From Podarcis erhardii (taxonomy: Eukaryota): DNA of 64,000 bases. The notes under the pieces were generated by a model. That model ran no database searches. It saw only the letters and a program-made list of their open reading frames with translations, and was not told the DNA's origin. Positions within the stretch are counted from its first letter, which is position 1. Each line of letters starts with the position of its first letter. Positions 59,330-64,000 of this stretch are shown piece after piece. The position numbers and the translations under genes are program-made. The stretch lies in the NCBI GenBank assembly GCA_964252035.1, contig OZ176215.1. One strand, written 5' to 3'.

Positions 59330-60215
59330 CTGTATTTTTCGCTCTATAACACACACCCGACCATAACACGCACGTAGTTTTTAGAGGAGGAAAACAAGAA
59401 AAAAAATATTCTAAACGAAACAGTGGATGTATGATTTTTGTGGTTCATGCTGTGGCCACAGACATGTGATCTGACGGTGAGTTTGGGGTAGCCCAATGCA
59501 AAAATCCCGAGGATCCATGTGGATCCATGCTTTGTAACCACGTTTTTGCACCACTGCGGCCCCAGGCAACAGTGGGTGTGTGATTTTTTTGGTGCAAGAT
59601 GTAGCCATGGACATGCTATGTGATCTGATGGTGAATTTGGGGTGACCCAGTGCAAAAATCCTGAGGATCCATGTGGATCCGTGCTTTGTAACCATGTTTT
59701 AAGTGGGGAGGGAAGGAAAAGCACTCAAGTGACAAGGAGCATGCGTGGGGTGGGTGGAGAAGGATGCTGCTAATAATGAAGAAGAGGGGTATAAGGGGAG
59801 AAGGCTCCTCTCCTTTCCTGCTTTGCTCCTTTAAAGCAAGCAGGCTCTGCTTTTCTCCCTCCTCCCAGCTCATCCCCGGCTTAGCGAGCTGAAAAACTTT
59901 GCTGCTATTTAGCGAGCTGAGTGGGGAGGAGAGAGGGACAGAGAGCCTGCTTGCTTTAAAGGAGCCAACAGGAACTGCTCCTTTAAAGAAGCAGGCTCTC
60001 TGTCCCTCTCTCCTCCCCACTCAGCGGCTCTTCTCCCACTTTGCTGTTTCAAAGCGAGCCACGGAGGAGGGAAGGAAGGGGAACCATGGATCCTCTGCTC
60101 ACGACTGCAGCAGATCCCCACCACCACCCGTAGGCATTCCCTCCATAACACGCACAGACATTTCCCCTTACTTTCTAGGAGGAAAAAAGTGAGTGTTATG
60201 GTGCAAAAAATACGG
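59330..60215. mobile_element. Tigger/pogo-like MITE, 886 bp, same family as 41913-42966 but inverted
   Basis: TA flanks (59328-29, 60216-17); TIRs ctgtatttttcgctctataacac / gtgttatggtgcaaaaaatacgg. Confidence 0.82.
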
Positions 60216-61208
60216 TAATCACTGATAATCAATAGGAAACTTAAACTACCCCTCACTTCAAGTTCTGTACTCAAAATCACTAATATGGTCTAGAATCTCT
60301 CTCTACTTCACCTACAGGAAACCACTGAGTGGGGCAGAGCTCTGCAATGCTTTATCCAAGGGATGGCCAATTGACCATCTACTGGCTGGATCCATACCCC
60401 AAGGGAATATAATTTACCCACTGGCTACCGAAGGTGTGGTAAAAGTTTGGACCATCACTTTCACTAGTGAGGGGAAGGGTTTTTATTTTTATAGGTATAG
60501 GTTGAATACAATGCTAGTCCTACTCAAGGTAGACCCATTGAAATGAACAAAAATGACTAACTGAGGCCTATTACTTTCAGTGGATGTACTCTGAGTAAAA
60601 CTTAGTTGAATACTGCTGGAAGTGTCAGGGTACAGCTCCACTTACGCTGTAAGCTGATGTACCTACATGAGAAATGGTAGACAGGAGGAACTGCCAAGCC
60701 TCCTAGACTGTCCTCCTTATGCTGACCTTCCTTTGGTGTTAAGATGGGTGCTCTTAGGGGAGGGTTGCCGTATTTCAAAAATTAAAAATCTGAATCTGGA
60801 CATTTTTGGGGGCAAAGTTGTTGAGCTTTTATGGCAAAATCGCAAAAAATGACGTTTTGAGCTATTTGTATGGAAATTGGCAAAAACGACCCTGCCGACA
60901 TGGGTTGCCATATGTCTGGATTTTCCCAGCCATTTTGCTGATTTCCACCCGGACACGGCTTCCGACTTGAGTATTCTGGATATGTCTGACCTGGCCCAAC
61001 CCCCTCTTCATGAGATATACCTGGAGCTTTCTCCTGCTGAGGTGAAAGAGAGGCACGGCTTCCACCTTAGACAGAACTAGATCTTTCCTATCAAACATGT
61101 ATTTTTCCTGTAGTAAGCATAGCTTTCGCATTTTGCAAATTCAGGGCTCATCCCTATTTCCTTTTGTGCCATGCTTTCTAGGTACCGCCACAGGATTTCC
61201 AGGTCTGA

Positions 61209-61352
61209 ATCGTAGAATTGTAGAGTTGGGAGGGAACAGGAGGGTCGTCAATTGTAACTCCCTGCAATGTAGGACTCTTTTGTCCAATGTGGGGCTTGAA
61301 CCCATGACCCTGAAATTAAGAGTCTCATGCTCTACTGACTGAGCTATGCCAA
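61209..61352 (-). mobile_element. SINE: tRNA-Lys-derived head with CR1-type tail
   Basis: Reverse of head ttaagagtctcatgctctactgactgagcta; CR1-type tail gtagaattgtagagttggg; gtctga on both sides. Confidence 0.75.
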
Positions 61353-64000
61353 GTCTGAGCGGTTGTTGCCCCCTCCTCTCACTTTCCCTTGGAAAACCCA
61401 TGTTTAACCATTGAACTGGAGCTAATCTGCAGAAAACCCAATTGCAGTTTGCTCTGATTTAGCGGTAATATGTGGGTTTTCCCAGGGAAAGCAGTGGAAG
61501 TTAAAAAAAAAACCCTGCTTGGACACAGAGCTAGAAATCCCAGACCTGTGCCTTGAAACGTGGCACAAAAGGAAGTGTGGATGAGTCCTTAGTCTCAGTG
61601 TGATTATATCCAGGGAAACAGATGCTTCTCCAACAGAGATTCTGCTGAGCATTTAAACTCTGAATGCCATCCGGTGCAACCCTATGTGTGTGAGAGAGTA
61701 ATGAAGAGTCCCACGCTTGAATGTTACATCTCCATCTGGCTTCTGCATGGGATGACCCTCACATGTCTGAGAGCTTATGGCTCATAACTGAGCAGTCCTT
61801 ACTGCAAAGTGTAGCCTCTGTCATTACAGAGCCTGACTACCCAGGAAGCGGTTGGTTTGTATGACAAGATATGCCTCAGAGCCCTGGAACATTGACTAGA
61901 GAAGAAGACATCTCTTGAGCATACTGAAATGGGCCATCTCTGCCTAAACAAAATTTTCATCCAGACAAAACAATTGTGGTCCAAGCAGTCGTGATTTGTT
62001 GAATAGGGAACAAGATGCGTGCCCACAAGTTCCCCCTTCCCCATTATCACATCCCTTAATTCAATACTTCCCAAACTGGGAAAGTATGGTTTGAATGATC
62101 ACTAATAACCAGAATATTAAATCACAGTTGGATATCCTGTTTTTAGGGATCTCTCAAGTCACAATGCTTGTTTTTCAAACACATGGGAGATAAAAGTTTA
62201 AGAAACCCAGAAGTATTGATTTGAACACACAGGGAGAGAGGTGTGGAGGTAGGTTGCTGAACCAGAATTGTTATTTCTGAATTAAGCCACTGACCACAGT
62301 GTTTATAGGTGCTACGTGTTTATAGTGTTTATAGGTGCCCCTTGGATTTACTTCAGTATTTGTCTTATGAAGATTCCTTAAGGTTCATAAGATACCTTCC
62401 AATACCCACTGAATAGTTTAAAACTGAGGAAGAATCTGGTGCAGGAGGGGGAGGTTACTGTCAAAGTCACAGACTTAGAAAACTAGAGTATATGAATTTG
62501 AAGCTAGGTAGGTGGACATCTGCATATTTTAGCCATCTTTGTGTTTGTGAAATGGGGGGGGGGAGAAAATCTTTTCCATAACTTTCTCATTCTCTCCAAA
62601 AAAATTCCAGTCTGTTCTGATGGATCTTAGTATGTTTTGCCTAGAGCGCAAGATCTCCAGATGTAAAAAAATTTATAAAAATAATTCAGCCTCCTCTGAA
62701 CCTCAGTGAGGCAGTGTTTGTGCTGGATGCCAAAAAACCCGTCTCCCATCAGACCATCTGTGTAGAAATCTAGGGAACCTTCCAATATTCCCTCCCTCCC
62801 CCCCCAATCTAGCCAGAGAGAAGGGAAAAACATGTCAAGGTCAGTAAGAAATTAAATAAAAAAGAATCTGACAAACATCTTCCAAATCCTAAGGACCAGG
62901 TTTATAATTAAAATGTGAAGAACTGCCTGGAAATCTTGCATTCCCCCAAAATGGAAATGCAGCTAACTATTAATAAGAGAAGAGCGAGAGGTGGAGTCAC
63001 TTTGTGGGGAGGGGCATATTACATTGCTGCAGAGTTGGCAAAAGATCCCCCCACTGCTGTTGTTGGCCAGAGTGAGCTGGTAAAACCTGTGTACAACATG
63101 CAGAGTACAAACAACTGAGAGATACTGTTAGAGAAAGAAGTGTGTGTGCCTGGATCACACCTCACAGAAGGGGGTGGGAGCCTTTTTCAGCCTGAAACCC
63201 ACATTCCTTTGGGGGCAGGGGCACGTCGGTGGTGGGTGGGACCAGAGGCAAAAGCAACAAAAACTAAATTTTGCAGGGTGTCTCTCAGAAGCTCTGGAGA
63301 GCAGCTACCAGCCAATGTAGACATGAAACTGCTTGCATGTGCAGGCCTGTTAAACTCGTCTTCTTGGTAGTGGCTTGGTTGTGGGTCCCCCCTCCAAAAT
63401 TAAAACAGTTGCAGTAGCATGGAGAAGATCCTCTGGTGTGTGTCATGCAACTTCATGTGAGTAACAGTGGCCATGGGCCACAATCTGAAACAGAGGGCTC
63501 CCCACTGGCTTGGGAACCGCTTCTACATGAATGGGTTTTGCATGGACAAGTTAACATTTCAATGACCCAGCCACTTGCACAGGGACAAACCGCTTGGGTC
63601 TTAACGACAGAATCAGCACCCTCCCTGGACGGGAAGGTGCTGGTTCCCCCATAGAAATCTACGTAGATGGCTGCAGTTGGTCATTGCACCACTACCCTAG
63701 TCACACAAGACCCACTGCTGTGTCCCCGTATTCCTTTCCCCCACTGCACGGACATGCCACAAAGAGATTTCGATATACTTTATTAAATTTCTCTTGTTTG
63801 TTTCGAGTGTAGAATCTGGAATTTCTGGCACAGCGGAAGAAAAGCTTATAGTGTATATCTTTATATATCCTTTTTGGCTCACACAAGAAGTTTCTGACCT
63901 CTGCTGGGGTGGAGGGGACTGTGTTACATGCTCCACCCTGACTCTGGGATCGTATCCAAGAAGGGAATTGTAAGGATGGCAGAGTGAATTTGAGTGTGTG

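Noticed and set aside
60761-61003. agggttgcc-type DNA transposon relic
   Set aside because: Right TIR too decayed and no TSD found; plausible but not supportable as a defined feature.
58513-64000. The NCOR2 exon upstream of exon A
   Set aside because: No convincing match with proper splice sites found by eye; probably outside the window, though a short divergent exon could have been missed.

Overview
Vertebrate genomic DNA, almost certainly a lacertid-type lizard (typical Sauria SINEs and squamate SINE/CR1/L1/MITE landscape). The whole window lies inside one gene on the minus strand, NCOR2 (SMRT co-repressor). I located 18 consecutive coding exons (58512 down to <1, 3413 nt, about 1137 codons). 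All have AG/GT boundaries and phases that join into one open frame, running from the NNSSDTES..SATCSADE region through the GSI repeats, the BCL6-binding domain, the ITS motif and the D/ER repeat. The introns carry many transposon relics. The most unusual part is about 2950-8860: a decayed antisense L1 holding nested insertions. These are a short L1 tail, a Sauria SINE, a second L1 3' end containing a (TA)n-flanked Penelope-type module with hammerhead-ribozyme cores and an 83-bp perfect inverted repeat, and a 2-kb hAT/Tigger chimera with two unrelated hairpin-built GC-rich satellites (119 and 118 bp). Gene-level oddities include an in-frame 24-bp duplication in one exon and an 87-nt 5' extension of another exon over an internal acceptor. 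Exons are labelled A-R in transcription order. Comparisons with human NCOR2/NCOR1 and repeat-family names are from memory, not database searches.
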